Of a DNA stretch of 64,000 nucleotides, positions 34,485-48,800 are shown in pieces. Source of the DNA: Leucoraja ocellata (taxonomy: Eukaryota); NCBI GenBank assembly GCA_036785375.1, contig JAWMAR010000541.1:248001-312000 (forward strand), read 5' to 3'. A program made the position numbers and the translations under genes. The notes under the pieces were generated by a model, which had not been told where the DNA came from, ran no database searches, and was given only the letters and a program-made list of their open reading frames with translations. The stretch's first letter is position 1. Each line of letters starts with the position of its first letter.

Positions 34485-37400
34485 CCCTCAACCCCATTCC
34501 ATCTACCAACGTGTATGATGATGTACTTGGCTTGCTTTTTGCCACTTCTTTTCCCAATCTCCCATTCTTTCCAAGTTCTTCTGCAGACTCCCTGCTTCCT
34601 CAATACTACCTGCCTCTCCACCTATCTTCATATCATCCACTAACTTGCCAAAAAGTTTGAGGGAGGGGCTTGGGGAAAGAGTGGATCAATAGTGAGGAGG
34701 GAGGGAGGGAGGGAGGGGTGGAGAGGGGATCCTGGCCAGATGGTCATAGTCACAGGGGGCAAATCTCCACTACCCTCAGATTAAAAAAATCCTCATATCC
34801 CCTCTCCATCTTTCACTAATTACTTTGTGTCTTCACCTCTGCTAACAGGCATCAGTCCTTTCTATTGACTCTCTCGGTCCCTCGTGAACTATTTTCCTCA
34901 ATGGTCTTCTTTCAATCTGGACCGTTGTAAAGGAAACAGCCCACATGTATTCAGTCTTCCTTCAGTACATCTCCCACCCAATGCCATCAAAGAGAGAGAG
35001 AGAGAGAGAGAGCCGCAAGAGAGGCAGGCAGCCAACCTCTCTCAATTTTTCAATTTCAATTTCAATTAAAAAAAACATTGGCATGATAAAATACATTGTT
35101 ATATTGCCAAAGTATAAAACATAACATACATATTTAAAATGCATAAATATAAATACAAGTATACAGTGCATGGGTAGATATGTCCCTGTACATATACTCG
35201 CAATAGGCCTATAGCCCTTTATTGATCGGTACACGTTCTTGCAGCTGACAGCAGTATAACACAATAGCAAGATTAGCAATTCAATATTAATTTCTTAGTG
35301 TGAATCAATGTCAATTAGTGTGTGTGCGCATATTGGTCATTCACCGTCTCTCAGGTTATGGCATGCTGTTACGTATTGTGCAGCAAGATGTGCCGTATTT
35401 CCTTCACCAAGGATTATTCTTAGTTTTGATCTCTCTCTCTCTCATAGATGAACTGAGGCCCAGGCCAATTTCAATTTTAGAAGGCCCCAAAACAAGATCA
35501 AGCAGAGACCCCTCAATTTTAGAGGCCCCCCAAAAAAGATCCCTTTGAAGCAGACAGGCATGAATGAGGGCCATGCCAAATGGCATTATCGTTGCCCCCC
35601 TCTGATAGGGCCTGCCTTTGCCTGCGGTTACCGATGGCAAGTCCCATTGTGATGTCATTGTCACACTCGGCCACTTTGGGAGCCCATTGTGATTGCTGCA
35701 TTGTGAGCGGCATTGTGACATCATCACTGGAAGCTCCTGGAAAAAGGCTCTCTGTGAAAAGCTGCTGTTACTGTTGCCAACACCCCATTGTGATGTCATT
35801 GTGGCACTCGGCAGCTTGAGAGCCCATTGTAATTGGTGCACTGTTTGTGGCATTGTGACATCATCACAGGAAGCTACTGGAAAAGGCTGTCTGTGAAAAG
35901 TGGTTTTTGCCTTTTTAAAAAACTTTAATCATGAATAACGTGAAATATACGATGAAATCTTAAGTGAACCTGATTACAGCGTGGAGGGGAAAATGTGAGT
36001 AAGAATATGTAAAAATTTAAGCGCTAGCACTTTGCGTTTTGAGGAAGATACAAACCATACATACAACGCACATACAAGATGGGACTTTTAGTATATAGAC
36101 GTACGGGGCAATTTTTTTTACACAGATTGGTAGGTCCCTGGAACGTTCTACTGGAAGTGGTGGTGGAAATAGATAAAATAGTGACATTTAAGAGCTTTTA
36201 GATGAGCACATGTATATACAGGGAATGGAGGATATGCATCATGTGCAGGCAGAAGGGAAGTTTAATTTGACATCAACTTTATGATCCAAAGGGCCTGTGC
36301 CTGTACTGCACCTGCTTTATATTTTATGTTCCTGATAACTGAACTGCTCCATCCCAGGCAAACTCCTGGTGAATCTCCTCTCCATCTTCTCCAGTGCTAT
36401 CAGATTATTTGTACTGCAAGATAACCAGAACTGCATGCACTACCCCAGCTGAGGTAGAGCATAACCAGACTAATGAAAGTCAGTATAGCATAGGGCTTCC
36501 TAACCATGTTAACTATGTGTACTGTCATGTCTAGGATCTATGGACGTACTGCAAGGTCCCTCTGTTCCTCAATACACCTTCATGGACAATGCCCTAGCCT
36601 CATTAATACTCACAAAAATATCACCTCACATTTGTCTGAATTAAACACTATCTGCCATTTATCAGCCCATTTAACCAACACCCTGGCATCTTTCTGCCAC
36701 CTGACTACTTTCCACACTACCAAATTGCTCTATCAATCTTCATCTCATCCACAAATTTACTGAACATTACACCCACATCCAAGTCATTGACATATATTAC
36801 AAGCCCGGATAGCAGCACCAATCCCTGTGGAACACCAGTACTCTAACACCACTAATAGAAACAATTCTCTACCACCACTCTCTGATTGCTGCTAATTTTG
36901 GACTCAGTTTGTCAATTTGAAGCATCTCCTATATTTATAGCCCCTATAACTGTCACATGCCATCTTTTCACTCTTAATCTAACCCTCAATGGCCCTCTAA
37001 ATCCAGCTTCTCTGTACTTGTCGCCTCTGTTTTTCCCCTCACTGGCACATGTTTAAGTTTCGGTTTAGGTTAGGTTTATTATAGTCATGTGTACTGAGGT
37101 ACAGTACTTTAATGATTCAATTCAATTATTCAATTTGCTTTGCTTTGCTTTGTATGCTATCCAATCAGATGAGATATGCCACAAATAAATACAATTCTGC
37201 CAATAATAAGTACAATAGATGGAGCAAAGGGGAAGATACAGAGTGCAGAATAGAGTTCTCACCATTGGAAACCTAGAAACATAGGTACAGGAGTTGACCA
37301 TTCGGCCCTCAGTATCGCCATTAAATATAATCATGGCTGATCATCTAAAATCAGTACCCCGTTCCCGCTATTCCCCCATATTCCTTGATTCCTTTAGCCC

Positions 37401-38589
37401 TAATAGTGCAACAGTGTTATAGACAAAGTCCGATGTCTTAATGGGGTAGAGGTGAATTGGACACTACTTAGCTTTAGGAAGGACTGTCCAGTAGCCTGAT
37501 AACGGAGGGGAAGAAGCAGTTCCTGAGTATGGTGCAGCGATTTAAAGCATCTGTACCTTCTTTAGGATAGGAGCAGGGAGAAAAAAGGAATGACTGGGGT
37601 AGAACAAGTCTTTGATTATGTTGAAGATAGACATAAAAAGCTGGAGTAACTCAGCGGGTCAGACAGCAACACTGGAGAAAAGGAATAGATGGTATTTCGA
37701 GCTGAGACCCTTCTTCAGATTATATTTGCTGCTTTTTTGAGGCAGCATAGTGTGGCTTTACTTTATTTTAGACATTACAATAGACAGCATGGTAACAGGC
37801 TCTTCTGCCAACAGAGTCTGCGCCGACTAACAGTAACTGTATACCAGCACTATCCTGCACACTAGGAACAAACTACAATTGACAGAAGCCAAATGAACCT
37901 ACAAACTTGTATGTCGTTGGAGTGTGGGTACAAACTGGCACAACCAGAGGAAATGCACGCGGACACAGGGAGAACATATAAACTCTGTAGTCAGGATTGA
38001 ACCCAGGTATATGGCGCTGTAAGGCAGCAACTCTGCCACTGTGTCGCGCTCATGTCAGTGGTGGAGTCAACGGTGGAGTACATTCATTGATGGAGTCAAT
38101 GATGGGGATTGATTGGGCTAATTCTCGTCATTTCTCCTTTGAATGCTTCCCATCCCACTGTGTAGATGTGGACTTACTGTAAGTAGATGCTCTCAATTCA
38201 CCTGGGCCAGGAACAACAAACCAACTGCTGGAGAAATTCAACATCATGAGGAGAATGAAATGGTTGACATTTTGGGTTGAAACCCTGTGTCAGCCTGCGT
38301 TTCCCCAGCAGCTTGTGTGTTGCTCCAGAATCCAGCATCTGCAGTCTCTTGTGTCTCTACCTCTGTCAGGTGTTCCCTTATTTAATGAAATTGGCCTTCC
38401 TATATTTAAACCTCCCTGGATTTCCATTTTCACTGAAGGTTCGGATAATCGAAGGGTCGGAGGGTGAACGGTGGAGCCCTGGTACCAGAGGGGTGAACAA
38501 GGAACAGCCTTGGGAGTTTCTGATGGAGAATCTCTCCCAGTGATGGGACTGGGCACAGACTGCGATCATCACAAGCCCCACACTCACCA

Positions 38590-38735
38590 CTAGATGCCCT
38601 GCTGCTGAGCCTGCAGCCGCTGCCTCTCTTTGATCAGTAAGATGATTCCCACCACGGAGCTGATGATTCCCAGAGTGATTCCCAGAGCACAGATCACAGT
38701 TCCAGGGCCGGACACTTCCTCAGGTACCTCGGGCT
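38590..38735 (-). CDS. mhc2a: MHC class II alpha chain, exon 4 (connecting peptide/TM/cytoplasmic tail)
   Basis: EPEVPEEVSGPGTVICALGITLGIISSVVGIILLIKERQRLQAQQQGI*. CCCCAG acceptor is in phase with exon 3, and the alpha-type CxxGxxxG TM motif is present. A GTGAGT donor 2 nt after the stop implies a separate 3'UTR exon, as in other class II alpha genes. Confidence 0.95.
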
Positions 38736-39773
38736 CTGGGGAGAGACGAATGAAGGGTGAGGATCCAACAGAGAGCCCGGGATGAACACATAGAGCAGAG
38801 AGCTGGGACACCAAGCCCACCTGGGTGGAGGGGAGCCAGTCCCACCCCAAATACACACTTACGTCAGCAAACCCTGGTCCCACACGTCAGTAATTCCCCG
38901 ATCTGTGTGAAATACAATATCAAACAGCAAACGTTCAACATTCTCACGGTACCAGCGATGTGAAAGCAGCATCCAGCCTGCCCTGCAACTACATGGCATT
39001 CCCTTCAGCTTTATATCCCGTTATCTAGTATAATTATTCAACTTATTTCCAGATTCAACACGGAATTCCAGATCACAGGAAATTGCTGCTTAAAAATCTC
39101 ACTTGTAATATATCCACCTCATCTAGTTCCTGACCCATGGCAGCAGAAACCACTTCACCTGTCTGCTGTGTGAGAACCCTTCATGATCAAGACCTCACCA
39201 CATATACCTGTCCAATCTTCTCTGCTTCAGAGACACATCCAACTTGTCCACACCCCACATGAGAGTGATGGAGGGTAGGCAATGTAAGATGGGCACCATC
39301 GGAACATATACACAGGGGGGAGCTGTCTGTGGTCACGGCAATTGTTGAACCAGAGCCCGGGAACATGTAAGTAAAGTTTGGACAAATCGGTGAAATAGAA
39401 GCAGATCACAGGAACTGAGGAGGGAGTGGGATGAGGGATGAGATCTACCTTGTTACAAGTGCAGGAAATGTGCACACCTGTGGGATACACTTCAGACTGA
39501 ACTGGAGCTATGTGGAGAGCAGAGCAGTGGGAATGGTCTGGGACTGATCAAGTGGGGAGTGTGTGGACAATGGGATTGGTCTAGAAATGATCAGGTGGAG
39601 AGTGTGGGCAATGGGATTCGGTTGGAAATGATCAGGAGTAGAATGTGGGGAATGGAATTGGTCTGGGGTTATTACAAAGCAATGGAAATGTGGTATTAAG
39701 TTTGCACTCCCAAATAGTGTAACCATGAGAGTTTTGGTGCATTTTAGTGTGAAGAAAACAAAGATAAGAATCT

Positions 39774-39996
39774 GTTCAAGTAGGAACTGCAGATGCTGGA
39801 AAATCGAAGGTACACGAAAATGCTGGAGGAACTCAGCGGGTGCAACAGCATCTATGGAGCGAAAGATGTTTCGGGCCGAAACCCTTCTTCAGACTCAACT
39901 AAGTCTGAAGAAGTGTTTCGGCCAGAAACGTCACCTATTTCCTTCGCTCCATAGATGCTGCTGCACCCGCTGAGTTTCTCCAGCATTTTTGTGTAC
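39774..39996. mobile_element. 223-bp palindromic Penelope-type element with a 15-bp TSD and two opposed hammerhead-like cores
   Basis: CAAAGATAAGAATCT at 39759-39773 and 39997-40011. CTGAAGA-AGGG-TTTCGG-CCC-GAAAC on - (39892-39868) and a decayed copy on + (39905-39929). Confidence 0.8.
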
Positions 39997-42510
39997 CAAA
40001 GATAAGAATCTAACTGGAATGCAGGTGGTGGAGAGAACAGTCAGGGTTGAAATCATTGATCATTAAGAAGGTTTTTGGCTGCAACCTTCCCTCCATTGAC
40101 GAACTGTACACTGCAAGGGCCAGGAAGTGAGCAGGTAAGATAATCTCTGATCCCTCTCATCCTGGCCACAAACTCTTTGAATCACTTCCCTCTGGAAGGT
40201 GACTCTGGACTGTCAAAGCTGCCACAGCCAGACATAAGAACAGATTTTTTTACACGAGTAGTCGTTCTACTCAATAACCAAAAATCTGTTGCCTCATTTT
40301 GCTCTGGTATTTTATTTAATTCACAAGTTTAATCGATAATGTTTTATTATTAATGTTTAATGTGCCATTCCTGTCACTGTATGTCGTTGTCACTTGCGGC
40401 CGGAGCACCAAGGCAAATTCCTTGTATGTGAATACTTGGCCAATAAACATATTCATTCATTCATTCATTAAACGTGCTAACAGAGGTTAATGAAGCTGCA
40501 ATGCGGGCAGAATGAGCCCTGGGGTTTATTTCACGGGGGATCCTGACTATATCTGCTGGGGAATGGTGCACATGCTGGGTCTCCTCCTTGACAAGTGAAA
40601 CTTACCCAATAGTGAAAGGCCTGGATAGAGTGGATGTGGAGAGGATGTTTACACTCATGGGAGAGTCTAGGAACAGAGGGCATAGTCTCAGAATAAAAGG
40701 ACATGCATTTAGAAAGAAGAGAGTGGTGAATCTGTGGAACTCTCTGCCACAGAAGGTAGTTGAGGCCAGTTCATTGGCTATATTTAAGAGGGAGTTAGAT
40801 GTGGCCCTTGTGGCTAAAGGTATGGAGAGAAGGCAGGTACAGGATACTGAGTTGGATGATCAGCCATGATCATATTGAATGGCGGTGCAGGCTCAAAGGG
40901 CCGAATGGCCTACTCCTGCACGTATTTCTATGTTTAAGATGAGGAGGAATTTCCTTGTCAGAGGATGGTGAGTCTGTTGGGTATTTTTAGGGCAGAGATT
41001 GACAGGTTCTTGATTAGTAAGGATGTCAAGGTGTATGTGGAGAAGGCAAGAGAGTGGGGTTGAGAGGGAAAGATAGTTCAGTCATGGTGGAGTAGACTTA
41101 GTGGACTGAATGGCCTAATTCTGATCCTATGACTTATGAACGATGAACAAATGCTGAGAGGTAACAGAGAACTTTAAACTAAGGAGAGGTTCTGATCAAA
41201 TGGACGGGTCAAATGGAGGAGTTACTTGTAGATCAAGCACTGATACTGGATGGTTGTCAAAATCAAGAATAATGTGAACTTCTCTGTCTGGGGAATTGTA
41301 CCTCACCAGGGTATATAGATTATACAGCTTCCTTATTTCTTCTTCTTCACCCTCTCAGTGTGTACTTTCCTTCCTTCCCCTCAGCCCACCCTTCCTTAAT
41401 TCCTTTTCCTCACACTGTCCTTTCCCTCTCCTTCCTTTCTGTCATTCCCTCAGTGTGTCCTTTCTCTCCGTCCCTCCACTCACTGTCCTTTCCCTCCCCC
41501 TTCCTCCCTTCATTCTGTGTGTCCTTCACCTCCATCCCTACACTCTCTCTGTGCACGTCGTTCCCCCAGTCTCCCTGCATGTCCTTCCCCCCGCCCTCCC
41601 ATTCACTCTCTCTCTCACTCTCTCTCTCGGTCCTTCCCCGTCACACTCAATGTGTCATTTCCCTCCCTCCCCTCGCCCTCTCAGTGTAATCTCTCGCTAA
41701 TGGCTGCTCACCAAGCTGCCCTGTAAACCCACCCATGAATGCATGGAGTCTGCATGTTCTCTCTGTGACTGTGTGGGTTTCCTCCGCATGCCCTGGTTTC
41801 CTCCCACATCCCAAAGATGTGCAGGTTAGTGTATTAATTACCCAAAGTGTGTGGGTGAATAGTAGAATTTGGTGTTACTGGGCACATGAGGGAGGGAATT
41901 AATAGCGTTGCTCTGACGCAGACTTGATGAGCTAATGGTCCTTTCATGTTATGAGAAATAAACAGGATATATATAGAATATTGAACCTCTATTCTATGAA
42001 TCTGAATCTCCCCTTCACCCCCCGCTGCCCTGCCCCACAGCTGAGCATCAGAAATTTGGAATGCCCCATTTTTCATGTTCCCTGTCACTGGCAGATATCA
42101 ATCCTGGAGCCCCTCACCTGGGTCATTGATAAGGTGGTGCCTTCCTGTCCCTCCCATTGACCAGGGCAAGGAGGTAATAGAGAGCGGTAGGAAGTTGAAC
42201 ACAGAATAGTATGGCACAGACACCATTAAGCCCATAGGGTGAATGTCATTCAGTCACATTTCCCAGTCCCCACTACAGCCCTGTGTTACAGTGTAAAGGC
42301 TGCATTGCCCAGCCCTGTCTGCCGGCACTCTGTGATCCACGGTCGGGTCTATCTGGAGTAAATGGAGCTGGTGATCATCTCCCGGTGACACCACAAAACT
42401 CAATATTGGACTGGGCACTTCCTGTCACAATCCACCACTGAATCCTGAGGCTCGTCCAGTGTTGGGAACACACCCAATGAAGTCACTACTTATACACCTG
42501 TGGCAGCATA

Positions 42511-44141
42511 CAGTGGTTTGCAAAAGTATTCATACCCCTTGAACTTTTCCACATTTTGTCACGTTACAACCACAAACGTAAATGTATTTTATTGGAATTT
42601 TATGTGATAGACCAACACAAAGTGGTGCATAATTGTGAAGTGGAAGGAAAATGATACATGGTTTTCAAATTTTTTTACAAATAAAAAAATGAAAAGTGTG
42701 GCATGCAAAAGTATTCAGCCCCCTTTACTCTGATACCCCTAAATAAAATTCAGTGCAACCAGTTGCCTTCAGAAGTCACCTAATTAGTAAATAGAGTCCA
42801 CTTGTGTGTAATCTAATCTCAGTATAAATACAGCTGTTCTGTGAAGGCCTCAGAGGTTTGTTAGAGAACATTAGTGAACAAACAGCATCATGAAGCCCAA
42901 GGAACACACCAGACAGGTCAGGGATAAAGTTGTGGAGAAGTTTAAAGCAGGGTTAGGTTATAAAAAAATATCCCAAGCTTTGAACATCTCACGGAGCACT
43001 GTTCAATCCATCATCCGAAAATGGAAAGAATATGGCACAACTGCAAACCTACCAAGACATGGCCGTCCACCTAAACTGACAGGCCGGGCAAGGAGAGCGT
43101 TGATCAGCGAAGCATCCAAGAGGCCCATGGTAACTCTGGAGGAGCTGCAGAGATCCACAGCTCAGGTGGGAGAATCTGTCCACAGGACAACTATTAGTCG
43201 TGCACTCCACAAATCGGGCCTTTATGGAAGAGTGGCAAGAAGAAAGCCATTGTTGAAAAAAAGCCATAAGAAGTCCCGTTTGCAGTTTGCCACAAGCCAT
43301 GTGGGGGACACAGCAAACATGTGGAGGAAGGTGCTCTGGTCAGATTAGACCAAAATTGAAGTTTTTGGCCCAAATGCAAAACGCTATGTGTGGCGGAAAA
43401 CTAACACTGCACATCACCCTGAACACACCATCCCCACTGTGAAACATGGTGGTGGCAGCATCATGCTGTGGGGATGCTTTTCTTCAGCAGGAACAGGGAA
43501 GCTGGTCAGAGTTGATGGGAAGATGGATGGAGCCAAATACAGGGCAATCTTGGAAGAAAACCTGTTAGAGTCTGCAAAAGACTTGAGACTGGGACGGAGG
43601 TTCACCTTCCAGCAGGACAACGACCCTCAACATACAGCCAGAGCTACTAGATCAGAGCATATTAATGTGTTAGAATAGCCCAGTCAAAGTCCAGACCTAA
43701 ATCCAATTGAGAATCTCTGGCAAGACTTGCAAATTGCTGTTCACAGACGCTCTCCGTCCAATCTGACTGAGCTTGAGCTATTTTGCAAAGAAGAATGGGC
43801 AAAAACTTCAGTCTCTAAATGTGCAAAGCTGGTAGAGACATACCCCAAAAGACTTGCAGCTGTAATAGCAGTGAAAGGTGGTTCTACAAAGTATTGACTC
43901 AGGGGGGCTGAATACTTTTGCACGCCACACTTTTCAGTTTTTTATTTGTAAAAAAATTTGAAAACCATGTATCATTTTCCTTCCACTTCACAATTATGCA
44001 CCACTTTGTGTTGGTCTATCACATAAAATCCCAATAAAATACATTTACGTTTGTGGTTGTAACGTGACAAAATACATTTACTTTGTAACGTGACAAAATG
44101 TGGAAAAGTTCAAGGGATATGAAAACTTTTACAAGCCACTG
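42511..44141 (+). mobile_element. Full-length Tc1-family DNA transposon (Passport-like), TA TSD
   Basis: TA|CAGTGG...CCACTG|TA termini, ITRs over 200 bp and a central transposase gene. Confidence 0.97.
42890..43897 (+). pseudogene. Tc1 DD34E transposase with two in-frame stops and a short in-frame deletion
   Basis: MKPKEHTRQVRDKVVEK...GRPPKL...LWSD*TKIE...FQQDNDP...LE*PSQSPDLNPIENLW...STKY*. Confidence 0.93.
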
Positions 44142-45843
44142 TAAGTATGAGCTCAGGCCCCACACACAAAGCATCAGGAAACAGGCTTGGTTGTTTCCCA
44201 CTTTACCAGGAGCACCCTCTTCCCAGTTTGTTGAGGCCAGTTCATTGGCTATATTTAAGAGGGAGTTAGATGTGGACCTTGTGGCTAAAGGGATCAGGGG
44301 GTATGGGAAGAAGGCAGGTACAGGATACTGAGTTGGATGATCAGCCATGATCATATTGAATGGCTGTGCAGGCTCAAAGGGCCGAATGGCCTACTCCTGC
44401 ACCTATTTTCTATGTTTACCACAGATTCCCTGGGACCTGACTGGGCAGCTTCAGCAGTGACCAAGACAGCTCACACCCTCCAAAGCCCATGAACTGAGCT
44501 GATGTAACTTAGCTGCTGAGATACTCAGTCAATGAATATCAGTGCAGACATCGTGAGAAGTCCTCCTTCACTGAGGGTGTCAGTATGGCCGTGACTGGCC
44601 ACTCGGGGTGGATGGGACCTTCGGGTTGGGAGGCACAGACATGCTCCTTAGTGCAGATTCAGAAACATCACATCCCATCCTGAGCCTTCTGAGCATCTGT
44701 GTACTCCAGGCTCAGGATCTCCATACTGTCCTCACCAGGTTATAGACACACTGTGTGAAAACCTTCTGCCATACTTACTGTGGAGGTCAAGGTCACATTG
44801 ACTCTCAATTTCCTTCCACGGGATCTTTCTAGGTGACCACATCCAATCCGTGCTATCAAGAAGGTCGTCCTGGCTTCCTGCTCACCAAGGAAGAATTTTG
44901 TCTTTCATTTCCGTAAGCTGGAAGTGATGTCGCAGGTGCTGCGATTTGGAGCATGGCCATAACAGGAAGAGTTTCCACTCCCTAATTGGAGTTCTTCAAG
45001 ACTGTTACTGAGTGGTGAAATAGGTCGGGGGGGACCAGTGGATTGGGGAGTTTCAATAAAGTCCAACACAGGTTTAGTCATCAATGGAGGAGCACATGGA
45101 CAATACATGACATGGAGTGAGAATTGGTTATAGGAAAGAAAGTACATAGTGGGAATCACCAGGCTGTTCCCTGGCAGGCAGGCTGTGAATTAGCAGTTCA
45201 GCAGGGACTGGAACTCTGGTCCAAATTATTTACAATCTATTTAATGCCGTGCTGTAATTGTTATATGGTTATATGGTATCAATGAAGGGGCCATATGGCG
45301 TGTTTCCAAGTTGTCCTGATGATAAATGAGTTGAGATTGCGAGACAGTAGGAGACTTCAGAGGATATGTACCCATTGAGAGTGGTGGACAACTTCTTTAC
45401 TGCAATATCACTTTTAGGAATATGTTTCTCTACATCAAAGCTGTTAAGGTCTTGCCATTAACTATTTATACATTTGAGCTCCCAAAGTACAACACCTCAT
45501 ACTCGATCGGATTAATGTCCATTCATCATTTCTCCACCCACTATATTCCACTGCATACTTTGACAGCCTTCCTCACTTCCACAACTCTGTCAGTTTTGGT
45601 GTCAAGTGCAAACTTACTAATCAAACCATCTATATTACATCCAAATGGTTTATACATATATCACAAACAACAGAGGTCTCACCAAAGATCCCTGTGGAAC
45701 TCCACTAGTCACAGACCTTGCCAGAATAACACCCTTTCACCACTACAATTCTATGAGTAAGCCACCATGGACAGTGGCATTTACAAATACAAGCCAGAAC
45801 CCCTTAATCTTTTCCCTTACCTCCCATAGCAGCCTGGGATAAA

Positions 45844-48800
45844 TTTTACTTCGGAGTCACACGAGTGATTCCATGAAGAAGACCCGCCAGTGCGCATGCA
45901 CGTCATTACGTCGTTCTCACGGCAAGGCATCAGACGTGCAGGGCTTCACACCCTGGCAATGGTAAAGTGAAACCTGTAGGTAAGATTTTTATTACTCACC
46001 AGGTTTGATGTTCATGCAGGAACTTCTCTTCACAGAAGTATCCTGCAGGAATTCACAAAGTCACTAGTGAACCGGCTATGGGCTGTGGGGAGACCCCGGT
46101 TCCGACTGCGAAAGCGGATAGTCGGGTAGAGTCGGAAATTTTGCGATTTAATCCACTGATAAGTTCAGTGGTTTCAAGCCTGCTGTGTGTTCCCAGGCCG
46201 GGTAAAACAAGCAGGTGGGGCATGGGGCTACCGCCAGTTGCTGACAGGAAGGTCAATGGCTCACAGGATAGTTGATATGTGTGGATGTGTCTCCAGGCAT
46301 GGGGTGGAGAGCACAGAGGTAATCAAACAACCATAGAACTCGGAAGTCGGGCTGAAAGGTTTCCCTTCCGAATATGTATGTATGTGTATGCATTGTGTTG
46401 GTTATTTTTAACCCTTCACAGGCACCAGCGCGGGCCTATGCTACAGGCCAAGCCAGCAGGACCTGGAACAGGTCTGCTTAGTGGGTGAGTGCTGGCCTAT
46501 GGTACAGGCCGCGTCAGCAGCACCTGGGACAGGGCTGTATAATGTGTGAGCGTTGGCCTATGGTACAGGCCGCGTCAGCAGCACCTGAAACAGGGCTGTA
46601 TAATGTGTGAGCGTTGGCCTATGGTACAGTCCGCATCAGCAGCACCTGGAAAGGGCTGTATAATGTGTGAGCGTTGGCCTATGGTACAGTCCGCATCAGC
46701 AGCACCTGGAAAGGGCTACATAGTGTGTGAGCGCACCAACTGCATTGGCACACGGAGGCTGTGAGGATTTAAATCTCCAGGTAATTGCCACAAACTTAGC
46801 TGAAGTTCGGGTTGTTTTGCTGTGGTGCTGTGCTGTGTATTTCTTCCAGGACAACGCAATGGACAAGATGACCAACGGAAAGAGGCAAGCCGCAATAAAA
46901 TCACAGTCGCCGGTCAGGAGTGGGGCGACTGCAGACTTGGTGCTGCAAAGCACAGAGCCAGCGCCAGTCGGGCGTAATGCCACCAGCAAGTCTGTTAGGT
47001 CCACTGACTAGCCAGAGTCAGGAGCGGAGAATTCCTCTCCGGGGCTGGATACTGTTTTTTCAACGGTTATCCCAAATGGAGCACCTCTTGCAGAGGTTGT
47101 TTCCCCAGGGCACACTCCAGGAGCGGTAGGCTGGAGAAGAGGCCTAGTAAGGGGCTGCTCGATAGCACCCTCATTGATGAGGCGTGTGCCATGGATCAGC
47201 TGAGTTCTGACCCCGACTCTGACCGTGAGTTCAATCCAGGCGAAGAATGGCAGCTGGCAGATGTCCCATCCCTGGCAGTACGATTCGCTGTCCCGTCAGT
47301 CAGGAGAGCCACTGGGAGATGAGTTGGCCCCCACGATAAATTATTTAGTCTCCCATCAGCTACAGGAGCTCACGATGGATGAGACCGCAAAGAAACACAA
47401 GACCCCGGGGAACTGCGAGTTACTTAAGGTGCCGGCAGTAAACCAGGTGATATGGGGTCAGATGGACATGCGTGCCCAGCAAATGAAGCTGCTGTCCGAG
47501 ACGCAGGAAGACACTGGAGGTCGACAAATCTGAGGAAAAGTATCCCTACAAAAGAGACGCAGATTCCGAGTTTGGACCAGCAACAAGCTGGCCGTCGACT
47601 CAGATGCGCAACTGGCGCTCTGTGGCAGGACCACGGATGAACAGAGCTTCATCAGTTTGGCGACAACGCATCCTATGTCTTCATCGGCAGTGGGCTGTTC
47701 ACTGAAGCTGGTGGTACCATAACAGCTGGGCACAGGTTCCACGCACCCTACCAGTCCTAATCAACAAGGTGGGTTTGGCACTCCGAACGTGGGTGAGTGG
47801 ACCATTCACAAGTTGGTAATATTTACACTTGTTTAAGCAACATACAAACGATAAAAGCTTTGCCATCTGCTTAGACACTATGATAGCATTCCAAGCTAAG
47901 GCTGGAATTAGAGCCAGAAATGTCATTTCAAGACAGGCTCTAAATTGGGCAGAGTTATCATGCAAAGCACCCATGCAATGATGGCAGGAGTGGCCAGTTC
48001 ATTATGCAAATTGGAGAATGTCGTTTAACTGTATTAATAATGGTAAAACATTGCAAAATGGGATAAATTATATTCCAAGGTTATTTAAACAATTATAAAA
48101 TTGGTGTTTTATCTCAAAGTTTGAAAACACGTGTTATGTTTTATGATTCTATTCATCTAGAGTATTGGCAAGATAGTAGCTGTGATTCAGCTGTGCAAGT
48201 CGGAATTAGCCATCTCTCTAATGAGCATGTGGTTGAATGTTAACAGGCTTATGCTATGACCAGCTGAAGCTACCCAAGTCACAATGATGAACAGTATTCA
48301 GCATTGCTCCAGCTAAGAGCTCTAAGATGTGAAAATTGGAGAGTTGCATGAGTTGCCAAGTCTTCAGTCTTGGTATAACCTAGGTATAGACGCTAGACGC
48401 ATCTCATGGGTAAAGGGCTATTGAGCAAATACATAATCTACAAGCCCAACTTCAAGTTGATACACTACGGTGGTGGCAGATGTTAACCACATGGCAGTCA
48501 AGTAAAATATCCGGTAATATTTACCTAATTCCTTGCCACGGGTGTATCATCAAGTTCCGATTCAGGACAATGCAGAATAGTGTTGAATCCCAAAGTATTT
48601 ATAAAATATGGTTCATGCTTTTCATTGATTGCAGAAATATGTGGTAACAGTGGTGACATAACAAGGAGGAATGTCCTTGACACAACAAGGAGGAATGTTT
48701 CTTTTATGCTTTCTCCTTTTTTGCCTCGTCAGACGGGTCTTGAAATAAAGTCAGCAAGATCTCGCTTTAGTTTTCGTACTATCTGTCTGGCTGTGCAGCC

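Noticed and set aside
38381-38519. Possible 3'UTR exon of the alpha gene (acceptor near 38520, ATTAAA at 38386-38381)
   Set aside because: Plausible, but it implies a 68-nt intron and cannot be supported without transcripts.
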